Notes: a model not told the origin generated them from the letters alone. A stretch of DNA of 32,000 nt from Hyperthermus butylicus DSM 5456 (GCF_000015145.1 NC_008818.1:720001-752000), one strand, 5' to 3'. Numbered from the stretch's first letter, positions 15,942 through 25,034 are shown. Made by a program: numbers and translations.

Positions 15942-17180
15942 TTAGCCTCTATGCGTGGCGGCTGTGCTGCGCTTTCGCAGGTGGTCTGGGAAGAATGCTG
16001 CCAGCATTGAGAGGGCGGCGGTGTACAGTAGCGCTGTCACCCTCAGGGGGAGCTCCACGTCGATGTCAAGCAGGGCGCCGCCAACGCTCCTCCCCAGCCC
16101 CACGGGGACCTGCCACGCCAGCCCGAGGAGCGATGAGCCGCGGCCCCTCAGCTCCCATGGGATGAGCGACATCTGGAACGCCTGGTAGAGGGGGCTCGCC
16201 ACGTTCATCAGTATGGTCCTCACTATGTACAATGCTGCTGCCACGGGGAAGCTATCCACGAGGGTCATCGCCACGAGCAGGGGTACGCTCGAGCCGGTGA
16301 GTACTAGGTATGTGCGGAGGGGGCCTCCCACCCTCCTGCTGAACCTGGGCATGTAGAGTGTCAGCACTCCCATAGCAGCCTCCTGCACGCCGAACGTCGT
16401 CCCGAGCTCGGCGCTAGTCACGCCGTACTTGAGGGCAAAGTAGTAGTCTATATTGTGTATGGAGAGGGCCGCGCCGAAGCCTATCACCAGCTCGACCAGG
16501 AACAACTTGTATATCGTCCTCCACGGCACAGACACGCGTCTCCTCGGCCCGTCCACCCCCACCGCACAGGCAGCCCTGGGCTCCCTGACCCGCGCGTAGA
16601 GGGGGAGCGTCACGGCGAGCAGGACAGCCGCCCCCACAGCCAGGAAGAGCCTGTAGGACTCCAGCAGCGGCGCCCCCGTAGCACGGGAGTAGATGATGGG
16701 GAGCCAGCCCATGAAGCTCCCCAGAGCGCCGCCGAACAGGTTGGCCGCGTTCATGTAGGAGAAGGCCTTGTCAAGCTCCGCGTCCGGAGCCGTCCTGCTA
16801 ACCAGAGCAGCCACCGCAACCCAGACAGCCCCACCCCCAAACCCTGACAGCACCGACGAGGCCAACGCGGGGTAGAGCCCGCCAAGCGAGAGAACAGCCG
16901 CCCCCACCGACCAGGAGACAACACCAGCAATAATCACCCCCCGGGACCCATACCTGTCGGAAACCCAGCCACCCACAAGACTACCAGCAACAGACGAGAA
17001 CACCGACACAGAGCCTATCACGCCGTAGAGCGTCCCGCTAAACCCCTGGCCCCGGAGGAAGGGCGCATACACGCTCCAGAGCAGCCCGCCAATCACCTGC
17101 GACGCAAACGCAGCCACCAAAACCGGCCAGAGCCTATCCAGCCAATCCTCCCCCATACCCCACACAACCACCCCAAACAC
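15942..17180 (-). CDS. major facilitator superfamily (MFS) transporter
   Basis: 412 aa with about 12 hydrophobic segments. The loop motif GGWVSDRYGSRGVII corresponds to MFS motif A (G-x-x-x-D-R-x-G-R-R/K). ATG 17156 is an alternative start. Confidence 0.85.
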   Translation of the reverse strand: MFGVVVWGMGEDWLDRLWPVLVAAFASQVIGGLLWSVYAPFLRGQGFSGTLYGVIGSVSVFSSVAGSLVGGWVSDRYGSRGVIIAGVVSWSVGAAVLSLGGLYPALASSVLSGFGGGAVWVAVAALVSRTAPDAELDKAFSYMNAANLFGGALGSFMGWLPIIYSRATGAPLLESYRLFLAVGAAVLLAVTLPLYARVREPRAACAVGVDGPRRRVSVPWRTIYKLFLVELVIGFGAALSIHNIDYYFALKYGVTSAELGTTFGVQEAAMGVLTLYMPRFSRRVGGPLRTYLVLTGSSVPLLVAMTLVDSFPVAAALYIVRTILMNVASPLYQAFQMSLIPWELRGRGSSLLGLAWQVPVGLGRSVGGALLDIDVELPLRVTALLYTAALSMLAAFFPDHLRKRSTAATHRG

Positions 17181-17550
17181 ACCATGAAGCTAAAAAAGTT
17201 CAACCACACGACCCACAAGTAATGCCACGCCACCACGTGACGTACCATAACGGACACAACAAATACAGGATAGTAGCACATGCTAACGCAAACACACATG
17301 CACACCGTCTCCAGGCAGAAGCCACAAAAGCCACCGGCTCGGCAGGTGGCGAGAGAGCCATGGCGAAGGCCTAGGCCCGGCAGCCCAGCCCCAGCCGAAC
17401 ATCCTGTAGAACAGGTCCCTACCAACGTAGAACCCTAGCACGACAAGCTACACCGGCATCCCGGCAGCCCGCCAAGACACTCTAGCTCTCCACGAACTCT
17501 CTGAAGCGCTCAGCTTCATCCAGGAGATAGAAAGCATCTACTCCGGCCCT

Positions 17551-17576
17551 TCTAGCATTAATATCTAGCATTAATA
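17551..17576. repeat. perfect 13-bp tandem duplication (tctagcattaata x2)
   Basis: Read directly from the sequence: 17551-17563 and 17564-17576 are identical. 13 is not a multiple of 3, and the duplication introduces a stop in an otherwise open minus-strand frame. Confidence 0.95.
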
Positions 17577-17673
17577 GCTTGCACCCTATCGTTTGCCGCG
17601 AGTGGAGCATCTAGCACGCTAGCCAAGCCTATCCCTCTCCCAGCTGAGGATCTCGCCGGGCTCCTCACCGCCT

Positions 17674-17814
17674 TCACCAGGCTGCGGATCTGCCTGGCAA
17701 ACACGACATATCCTCGTAAACCTCGAGGACAACCTCCTTACCCTCCCGCAGCTCTAGCCTCCCAAGAAGCCTCAGCACAACCCCCTCATAGCGGGCACGG
17801 ACGACACTAGGCAT
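17674..17814 (-). CDS. AF2212/DUF104-like small protein (putative antitoxin family)
   Basis: 46-codon ORF, below the track cutoff: MPSVVRARYEGVVLRLLGRLELREGKEVVLEVYEDMSCLPGRSAAW*. The pattern M..v.a.YE.GVl.pl..l.L.EG..V.v.v is the DUF104 signature. No intact PIN partner follows. Confidence 0.5.
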   Translation of the reverse strand: MPSVVRARYEGVVLRLLGRLELREGKEVVLEVYEDMSCLPGRSAAW

Positions 17815-17854
17815 AAACCCCAACCCCCTGTCTCTCCAACAGTGCTGCACACCC

Positions 17855-18223
17855 TTGTTCCACTCTTATTATGTAGCGTATACCGCTATCTATCATGTGT
17901 GGGGAGTAGCGTTGAGCGGTTATGTGGAGTTAAAGGTGCCCAGGAGTGGGCTGCAAGTGTTGCTGAGGGCTATCGAGGCTAAGGCTAGGAGGCTAGAACT
18001 AGAGATAACCGCCACGCTAAGCAGAATCAGAATGTTCGAGGAAAAGTATGGGATGAAATCTGAGGAGTTCCTGTCACGCTACATGAGAGGAGAGCTAGGC
18101 GACAGGGAGGAGTATATGGAGTGGTATGGAGAGCTAGTGTTCCTAGAGAAGGCAAGGAAGGAGCTAGAGGAGCTGAAGAAAATTGCGGGCACAGCCTCTC
18201 CGAGAATACCTGGAAAGGGTTGA
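17855..18223 (+). CDS. hypothetical helical protein
   Basis: 122-aa ORF. The C-terminal two-thirds (LQVLLRAIEAKARRLELEITATLSRIRMFEEKYGMKSEEFLSRYMRGELGDREEYMEWYGELVFLEKARKELEELKK) look like a real helical protein. The N-terminal ~25 codons are doubtful, so the true start is probably internal. Confidence 0.4.
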   Translation: MFHSYYVAYTAIYHVWGVALSGYVELKVPRSGLQVLLRAIEAKARRLELEITATLSRIRMFEEKYGMKSEEFLSRYMRGELGDREEYMEWYGELVFLEKARKELEELKKIAGTASPRIPGKG

Positions 18224-18332
18224 AGCTAAGATAAAGGAGCTAGAGCCACTAATTTCATCCCTCCAAGTACATGTAGAGTAGAGAGCGCCTACTAGGCTCG
18301 TCCTAAAAGGCGTAATTTCCGGATGGTTTTGC

Positions 18333-19349
18333 GTGTTTGTGGGGGTTGGCGGGCTGTTGTACGTTGTTCTTGGCCGTAGCGGGTTGAGGGTTTCGCGTGT
18401 AGGGCTTGGATTGTGGCAGGCTGGTAGCCGGCTGTGGGGCGGCGTTAGCTTGGGCGATGTTGTTGCTGCTGCTGAGCGCGGCCTCGAGCTTGGCTTGAAC
18501 CTGTTTGATACCGCTGAGCTGTATGGTGCTGGTAGGAGTGAGGCTCTCCTCGGGGAGGCTCTGCGCCGCGCCGGCGCCCGTGACGGTGTTGTGGTTGTCA
18601 CCAAGGTTGCTGGGTATCGTGTCACGTGGGCTGGTGTTAGGAAGGCGCTGGAGGGTTCCCGGCGGCGCCTCGGCAGGAGCCCGGACATAGTGCTCTACCA
18701 TTGGCCTCCACCTGTGCCCTTCACTGTGTGCCGTGTTGTTAGGCTGCTGGAGCGCGCTGTGGATGAGGGGTTGGCGGCGTATATGGGTGTAAGTAATTTC
18801 AACGCGCGGGAGCTCGAGGAGGCTGTCCAGTGCACCCGGCGCCACGAGATAGTCGTGGACCAGGTCCACTACAGTATTGCCCACCGTGTCCCGGAGAACC
18901 GGCTGATACCTACGGCGCGGAGGCTCGGCGTAACAGTCATGGCGTGGGGGCCGCTGGCAAAGGGCGCCCTCGCCGGGAAGACCAGGGCAGACAACATGGC
19001 CCGGAGGCTTGACCCGGTATTCCGGGAGGCGGCGAGGGACGACAAGCTATTGGAGACGCTGAGGAGGGCAGCTGAAAAGCTGGGCGTCAGCATGGCCGTT
19101 GTAGCACTAGCATGGCTTCATGGCAGGGGCGTGGTCCCAGTAGCTGGCGTTAGGAGGCCACGCCACGCCGAGGAGGCTGCAAAGGCTGCTAGGACAGAGC
19201 TACCCCCAGAAATCGCGGGAGAGATAGACGAGGCCTCCAAGAAGTATGTAGCGAGGTGGGGTACCTGCTACAACGAGTTACACTGGAACAGGTACATCCC
19301 ACCGCCACTCCAACACCTCATCTACCGGCTCATCCTGAGGGGAATCTAG
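18333..19349 (+). CDS. aldo/keto reductase family oxidoreductase
   Basis: LGRSGLRVSRVGLGLWQAG...LNLFDTAELYGAGRSEALLGEAL...VVVTKV...HWP... follows the AKR (beta/alpha)8 pattern, including the D-x-x-x-x-Y catalytic region. TTG 18357 (MYVVLGRSGL) is a more typical start than GTG 18333. Confidence 0.9.
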   Translation: MFVGVGGLLYVVLGRSGLRVSRVGLGLWQAGSRLWGGVSLGDVVAAAERGLELGLNLFDTAELYGAGRSEALLGEALRRAGARDGVVVVTKVAGYRVTWAGVRKALEGSRRRLGRSPDIVLYHWPPPVPFTVCRVVRLLERAVDEGLAAYMGVSNFNARELEEAVQCTRRHEIVVDQVHYSIAHRVPENRLIPTARRLGVTVMAWGPLAKGALAGKTRADNMARRLDPVFREAARDDKLLETLRRAAEKLGVSMAVVALAWLHGRGVVPVAGVRRPRHAEEAAKAARTELPPEIAGEIDEASKKYVARWGTCYNELHWNRYIPPPLQHLIYRLILRGI

Positions 19350-19455
19350 ACAGCTCCTACGCCACGGCAGTAGGGCCAGTAGCCCCGCCCCCTATGGGAG
19401 ACCCGGGAAAGCCTAATCACCCTTCCCCTCCCGCTGGGTAGTGTGGCGAGGCCTC

Positions 19456-20289
19456 TTGTGCCGAATGCTCGGCGCCGCGTGGTTCGGCGCAGAGGGCTCC
19501 CGGCTAGCCGCGCGGCTGGCAGGACTCCTCTACGAGGCGGCCCGGAGCGACCCCCTCCTCGAGGCCATCACGGGGGATGCCAGGCACTGCCACGGCTACG
19601 GCTACCTGCTGGTCTACAGTGATGGGCGTGGCTGGAGGATCCTATGGGAGCGTTACGATGCGGCAGACGAGCTCGGCCCGGGCGAGGAGTCCTGCAGAGC
19701 CAACCTCGACGCGCTGGGCTGGGCTGCCGAGAGACTGGCAAGCCTCGTCGAGGGCACGGCTAGAGGCGTACTGATGCTCCACGCCCGGCGCGCCAGTAGA
19801 GGCGAGCCCCGCGGCTCCCTCCACGCACACCCCTACCTGCACGGCATACCGGGCCGCAACGGCTACCGCATGCTCGCACTCATGCACAACGGAAGCGTGC
19901 ACAAGGACGGGCTAGCCCTACTACTCGGCGTAGACCCGGCAGCCTACACCGACACCCACCTCCTAGCAGTATGGCTCGCGAGGCAGCTAGGCACCGGCAG
20001 AACCATGGAGGAAGCCGTGAGGGAGGCCGAGAAGTACACGAAGACAGCCCTAGACATAGTCCTAGCAGACATAGCGCCAGGCCCAAGCATAAGCCTCTAC
20101 ATCTACTCCCACCTCCCAGAGGGGCTGGACGCCAACAGGTTAGAATACTACAAGCCAGTAGTATTCACAGCCGGAGAGGCGAAAGGCTACATGTCCTCGA
20201 CACTGAAACTCCTAGCCGAAAAGAGGGGCTTGAAACTCGAGACAGACGAGACAATAGGCAAGCTCTACCACGTAAAAGTTACAGGGTAG
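19456..20289 (+). CDS. class II (Ntn-type) glutamine amidotransferase-like protein (YafJ-like)
   Basis: ORF 19441..20289. In-frame TTG 19456 gives M-CRMLG, i.e. the catalytic Cys at position 2 typical of Ntn amidotransferases. Later motifs LHARRASRGEPRGSLHAHPY and LMHNGSV match H.R.AT.G....N.HPF / HNG. Confidence 0.75.
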   Translation: MCRMLGAAWFGAEGSRLAARLAGLLYEAARSDPLLEAITGDARHCHGYGYLLVYSDGRGWRILWERYDAADELGPGEESCRANLDALGWAAERLASLVEGTARGVLMLHARRASRGEPRGSLHAHPYLHGIPGRNGYRMLALMHNGSVHKDGLALLLGVDPAAYTDTHLLAVWLARQLGTGRTMEEAVREAEKYTKTALDIVLADIAPGPSISLYIYSHLPEGLDANRLEYYKPVVFTAGEAKGYMSSTLKLLAEKRGLKLETDETIGKLYHVKVTG

Positions 20290-21531
20290 CAGGCAACACG
20301 ACACCACGTCCACGCCGATAGACACCACGGACCAGTACACCGGTAGAGGCTTCGGCCTCGCCCTCGCTCATCACCCGCTGGGGCTCAGCCCCCTCCAGAC
20401 CGCCTCCACACAGCCGCCAATGGGGTTTCAGCAGCACACGCCTCCCCTATTCTCACTAGATGCCACGCCACAATACTGCTAGCGCACGAGCCCAACCACA
20501 GGCGTTAACGAGTACAGTCGTGCCATACATGTCCATATCGGTGGCCCCGCGCCCGCTAGGGAAGCATGTTCAACAACATCGTTATAGGGGCGAGGAACTA
20601 CTATAGCCTGAATGTGAGGGTGTGATGACCCGTCCACCTCCTGCTGCAGAGCCCAGGAGCGGAGGGCTGTGAAGTATTTGGGCGCCGCTGACCCCTGCAA
20701 GGGGCAAGTTGTAGACCATGATGGCGGCTTTGGCGGGCGTTTCTCCCAGCTGCCTGCTAACAGCGCGGGCTACAAGCCGGCCCCTCAACCGGCAAGCTAC
20801 CCGAAGCACCATTACCCCTACAAAGCCATAGCCGTGGATCGCTAGTCCCTGCAGACCGAAAAGCCGCATGCCTCTACCAACCTCTTGTTCACCTCTGGTT
20901 CTTAACCTCAAACCCTCCAGCCGTATGGTCCCAGCCCGGTACCGCCTCTTGCGGGGTAGGCGAGGGAGAGGATGGAACACATCCCCGCCACGTACTGTGA
21001 TGGGCGACTTGTCGCCCCTGCAGAGATCGAGCCCCCAGTAATCTCCCGGGTGGATGGTTGGAGCGCCTCGCGTCTTGCTTTAGACGCCACATGCCGGGGA
21101 TGCTTGTGCTGCTCAACACGGTCTCCGAGCAAGAGTATGGTGTGCCGTTTCCCGTACTGCTCGCCGAGCGTAGCGAGGCAGCGCTGCTGCCCACATGGCT
21201 TCCAAGTATCTATCCATGTGCCGCCGCTACGCCATCTGCTCTGATGGTGAGCATAGCACTAGGCTATTGTCTGCCCCTCGCTAGCTGGACGCCCCGGCTG
21301 GGGCTCGTGTTATTGGTGTGGGCTCCCCATCCCCTAACTCGCAAGGTTCTACTATACCCTATGGGGCCTACACGGCTGCGTATGCTTGCATTACTGGTTA
21401 CTCCCTGCTGCCGCCGCTGTGCTGGCAGTGCATAGTGGTGGCCGCGACGGTGGCGTGGCTACAGCTCGCTTGTCTAGGGGAGCGGTACCCGTATCACCCG
21501 GGGCACTAATACCTCCCCACGGGGCTCCTGG

Positions 21532-21870
21532 ATGAGCGAGCTGCAGCGGCTCGCTAGGCTCCTCGGAGAAGCCTATCGCTCGCTGCGCGAAACACTAGAC
21601 GTCTTCAGCGATATAACCCGGGGCATCGAGGAGCAGCTACGCAGAGAGTTGCTCAACGCCCTATATCGGTTCCCGGAACCCCGGACCCCCAGCCGGGAGG
21701 AGCTCGAAGCTGAGATTAGAAGGCTCCTAGGCCTCAAGGAGGGTGAGAGTCTTGGAATACTCGCCGGAGAAAGGCTTGATCGCCGTAGCGCTAATACCGA
21801 ATCCCAGCTGCGAACCCGGCCAGGCGATACTAGAGATAGCGTCGAGGCTGGACGGGAGAAGGCTGGGTAA
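21532..21870 (+). CDS. hypothetical helical protein; the 3' third is probably not native
   Basis: The first ~70 codons are plausible (MSELQRLARLLGEAYRSLRETLDVFSDITRGIEEQLRRELLNALYRF...EELEAEIRRLLGLKEG). After about 21745 this frame becomes composition-poor, while the overlapping frame of ORF 21743..22255 becomes protein-like. Confidence 0.3.
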   Translation: MSELQRLARLLGEAYRSLRETLDVFSDITRGIEEQLRRELLNALYRFPEPRTPSREELEAEIRRLLGLKEGESLGILAGERLDRRSANTESQLRTRPGDTRDSVEAGREKAG

Positions 21871-22255
21871 CTGCCTGGTAATAGAGGCAGATATGGACGC
21901 CATATCCCTCGCAGACATCGTCGCCGACCACGGTGCTGAGAGACTTGTTATCCTAGGCCCGCTAGACGAGCCCGACAAGCCCCAGGGCATACTGAGGCTG
22001 GGAGAATACAGCTACATCCAGCCCGACGCTATCGACCCCGAGGAGCTGGTGAGTAGGCTCTGGCCGAATCTCACCGGCAAACTCTCCATACGAGACTACA
22101 TTGAGGCTCTACGCTTCTTCCACAAGGGCGTCTTCGAGGCCTACGCATGCAATACTGCTGGCGGAAGGATAGACCGCGAGACCTGTAGAAGACTTGTCGA
22201 GGACTGGCTACGAAGGCTTTGCAGAGTCCATGGAGAGCAGGATCAGCGGCAATAA
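21743..22255 (+). CDS. hydrogenase maturation endopeptidase (HycI/HybD)-like protein, divergent
   Basis: GLIAVALIPNPSCEPGQAILEIASRLDGRRLGNCLVIEADMDAISLADIVADHGAERLVILGPLDEPDKPQGILRL is colinear with the HycI/HybD layout (short N-strand, GN..gDdG loop, helix, v.viD.G strand, lIivDA....pG). However, the GN/DDG and DA positions are replaced. The gene is adjacent to hypF. The alignment is from memory only. TTG 21776 is an alternative start. Confidence 0.35.
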   Translation: MRVLEYSPEKGLIAVALIPNPSCEPGQAILEIASRLDGRRLGNCLVIEADMDAISLADIVADHGAERLVILGPLDEPDKPQGILRLGEYSYIQPDAIDPEELVSRLWPNLTGKLSIRDYIEALRFFHKGVFEAYACNTAGGRIDRETCRRLVEDWLRRLCRVHGEQDQRQ

Positions 22256-22436
22256 CGGGCTAGAATCCCCACGCCAGCACGCAGCGGCTGATGCCACAGC
22301 AGCTCTGCTAGGAACAATGTATGGCTTGCCATGGCCAAACATGGCAGTCCCCGGACGGGCGGGGAGCGCTCATATGCTCCGGGGAGGCCTTGGAACGGGG
22401 ATTGTGGTAAATAGTCTGGCTAGAGTCCCGGGCTTG

Positions 22437-24752
22437 TCACCTTGTTTTGGCTGCTGCCACTATTATTTGGCCTAGGGCTATTCCGCCGTCGCCTGGCGGC
22501 ACCTTGCCAGGTATGTGTACTGTTCTACCATACGCCTTGGCGGCGTCTGCCGCACCCATGTAGATGTAGTCGTTTACTGCTGCACCGCCAGAGATGAGGA
22601 GTGGTTTATCGCGAGCCCCGTCATAGTTTTCTAGCACTGTCTCGGCCAGGTGGCGGCCAACCCAGTACATCACCGTGGCGGCTAGGTGCCAGGGCTCCAC
22701 ACCCTCTTCCAGCTTCTCCACAACCCATTCCAAGACCCGTAGAGGGTCGAGAGCGCTGAGGCCCTTGTAGCTTGTTGCTGGCGGCTCGTCGGGTAGTGGT
22801 TTGCCGCCGTGGCGTCTAGCATAGGCCTCTAGTACTATCGCTGGTTCACCCTCGTAGGTCCTCCTATACCTTAGGCCTAGGAGTGCTGATACCGCGTCGA
22901 GGAGTCTGCCAGCGCTGCTTGCTAGTGGTGTACGGTTGCTCCTGGCAAGCTTGTAGGAGGTTACTGCTTCCTCCTCACTTATCCCCTTGCCAAGGTGGCC
23001 CATCTTCTCGAGTAGCTGTAGTATCTCGTCCAGGCCCCAGCCCTGGGATAGTATGCCTATGAGTATTCTTAGGGGCCTCTTGGTGGCTGTATCGCCGCCC
23101 GGCAAGGGGAACGGCTTTATGGTACCAGTTCTCTCAAACCCTTCAGCACCAGCGATCATGGCCTCGCCACCCCATATAACGCCATCCACGCCGTAGCCTG
23201 CACCATCAACTGTTACCGCCGGGACGTAGTCCCATGGATCCAAGCCAGCATCAGCAGCTGCAGCTACGGCGTGGGCGTGATGATGCTGAACCTCGACGGG
23301 CTCGGCATCTAGCTCTTCTGAGAGCTTTGCAGCTAGCCGTCTACTCTCATAGGCTGGGTGCATGTCGAGAGCAACGCTACTAGGCCTCAGCCCATAGACT
23401 CTTATGAGCCACTTTAGCTCCTCCTCCAGCTCCTCGAGCTGGCCAGGCTCGTCGAGGTCTCCGATGTATTGTGTTAGCACGACCTTATCGTCAAAGCTTA
23501 CTGCCCCAGCTGTTTGCAGGTCGGCTCCAACCGCTACGTGCTCCCCGACGCTGCGGCTGATACGTATCCATTCGGGCGCGTAGCCCCTAGCCCTCCTTAG
23601 GAGTACAGGCTTGCCAGCCGTGAAGCGTACAACACTGTCGTCGACACGGTGTACTATCTCCCTGTTATGCGTGAGTATGTAGTCTATTTCGCCGCCCAAC
23701 TGGTCCAGGATACACTCCACGGTCCTGCACATCGGCATTCCGTGGCGGTTCCCGCTAGTCATTACTAGGAATCCGTCCCGCACCATGTGGAGGAGTAGGA
23801 GGTGGAGCCCAGTGTACGGCAGCATGATGCCCAGGGTGTCCAGGCCGGGGGCCACAAGCGGGGATACCGGGGCATCATCACGTTTTGGGAGTAGGAGTAT
23901 TGGGCGGCGGGGGCTTCGGAGGAGCTGGCATGCATGGGCGTCAAGCGCCACCAGCCCAGCAGCCACACTACAATCCCTAGCCATAAGCGCTAGGGGCTGG
24001 GTGGGCCTGGACTTGATCCTCCTAACCCGGGCCACGACCTCGTCGTCTGTTGCAAGGGATGCTATGTGGAAGCCACCAACCCCCTTGACAGCGACAATAT
24101 GGCCCTCATCTATCAGCCTTGCAGCCTCCGCAACCGGGTCTTCAACGTCTAGAGGCTCGCCACGACCGTCCAAGAGGATGGTTTTGGGGCCGCAGCGGGG
24201 GCAGCTGAAACCCTGCGCATGGTACCTCCTAATATTACCCATGTCCTCGTAGTCGCGGCGGCACTCCTCACAGAAGGGAAATTCTCTCATAGCAGTGTTT
24301 TCACGGTCATAGGGTATGTCGTACATCATCGAGAATCTTGGCCCACACCAGGCACAGCTGGTCCAAGGGTACCTGTAGAACCTTGTACCAGGCTCCAGGA
24401 CCTCCCGGGCGCACCAGTCGCAGATGCCGAAGTCCGGCGGTATCATGCTTCGCTCCTTTCTGCTACGGCTACTCTTCTCTATACGAAACACCGTGAGGCC
24501 ACGAGCTGGTACCGGCTCGACACGCATCTCCTCTATGATGGCTGGTGGTGGCTTCTCCTTCTCCAACAGGCTCACAAACAATCTAAGGCTGTCTGGCGGC
24601 CCCTCAACAAGTATTTCTACCTCAGAGCCGCCCATGTTGCGGACGTAGCCGGCGAGGCCTAGCCTCTCAGCTAGCCGGTGTACAAACGGTCGAAAGCCTA
24701 CACCCTGCACGAGGCCTACAACACGTACCCGTAGTGCTTCACGGTTAGCCAT
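22437..24752 (-). CDS. hypF: [NiFe]-hydrogenase maturation carbamoyltransferase HypF
   Basis: 771 aa with the full domain order. Acylphosphatase: VRVVGLVQGVGFRPFVHRLAERLGLAGYVRN. Two zinc-finger pairs: CDWCAREV...CAWCGPRFS and CEECRRDY...CPRCGP. YrdC-like domain: IVAVKGVGGFHIA. The C-terminus is a Kae1/HypF carbamoyltransferase domain. Confidence 0.95.
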   Translation of the reverse strand: MANREALRVRVVGLVQGVGFRPFVHRLAERLGLAGYVRNMGGSEVEILVEGPPDSLRLFVSLLEKEKPPPAIIEEMRVEPVPARGLTVFRIEKSSRSRKERSMIPPDFGICDWCAREVLEPGTRFYRYPWTSCAWCGPRFSMMYDIPYDRENTAMREFPFCEECRRDYEDMGNIRRYHAQGFSCPRCGPKTILLDGRGEPLDVEDPVAEAARLIDEGHIVAVKGVGGFHIASLATDDEVVARVRRIKSRPTQPLALMARDCSVAAGLVALDAHACQLLRSPRRPILLLPKRDDAPVSPLVAPGLDTLGIMLPYTGLHLLLLHMVRDGFLVMTSGNRHGMPMCRTVECILDQLGGEIDYILTHNREIVHRVDDSVVRFTAGKPVLLRRARGYAPEWIRISRSVGEHVAVGADLQTAGAVSFDDKVVLTQYIGDLDEPGQLEELEEELKWLIRVYGLRPSSVALDMHPAYESRRLAAKLSEELDAEPVEVQHHHAHAVAAAADAGLDPWDYVPAVTVDGAGYGVDGVIWGGEAMIAGAEGFERTGTIKPFPLPGGDTATKRPLRILIGILSQGWGLDEILQLLEKMGHLGKGISEEEAVTSYKLARSNRTPLASSAGRLLDAVSALLGLRYRRTYEGEPAIVLEAYARRHGGKPLPDEPPATSYKGLSALDPLRVLEWVVEKLEEGVEPWHLAATVMYWVGRHLAETVLENYDGARDKPLLISGGAAVNDYIYMGAADAAKAYGRTVHIPGKVPPGDGGIALGQIIVAAAKTR

Positions 24753-24755
24753 ACG

Positions 24756-25019
24756 CTACTTGCCCCAAACCATTTTCTCTATCTCCTCGGCCTTCTCCTC
24801 CAGGCTCCGGAGAAGCTCCTCTATTTCTCTAACCTGTTTCTCAAGCTCATCCTCTTTAACCTTCTCGATTATAACACCTGCATGCACCATGACCATATCG
24901 CCGGGCTTTAAGTCGCTGATAGCGCTAGCATACACCTCTCTAACAACACCATCGTGAAACTCTACAATCGCGATATCCCCGCGAACCTCCTTAACGAAAC
25001 CGGGGACAGCCAGACACAT
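24756..25019 (-). CDS. hypC: hydrogenase assembly chaperone HypC/HupF
   Basis: 87 aa beginning MCLAVPGFVKEV, with the invariant N-terminal Cys2 and the MCLxxPG motif. It ends 3 nt before the hypF ATG. Confidence 0.93.
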   Translation of the reverse strand: MCLAVPGFVKEVRGDIAIVEFHDGVVREVYASAISDLKPGDMVMVHAGVIIEKVKEDELEKQVREIEELLRSLEEKAEEIEKMVWGK

Positions 25020-25027
25020 ACTAGCTA

Positions 25028-25034
25028 CACCTCC
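25028..25034 (-). promoter_or_regulatory. Shine-Dalgarno-like GGAGGTG upstream of hypC
   Basis: The reverse strand reads GGAGGTG, with 8 nt between it and the hypC ATG (25019). Confidence 0.4.

Noticed and set aside
18164-19093. Minus-strand ORFs of 174, 193 and 74 aa opposite the aldo/keto reductase gene.
   Set aside because: They are Pro/Thr/Ser/Arg-rich and antisense to a gene with clear family motifs.
20972-21435. Cys-rich ORF with CRGC...x13...CRFPYC, reminiscent of a HypA zinc site, and the overlapping 125-aa ORF.
   Set aside because: The spacing is wrong for the second CxxC. The composition is non-native, there is no HypA N-terminal MHE motif, and the frames overlap other equally poor ORFs.
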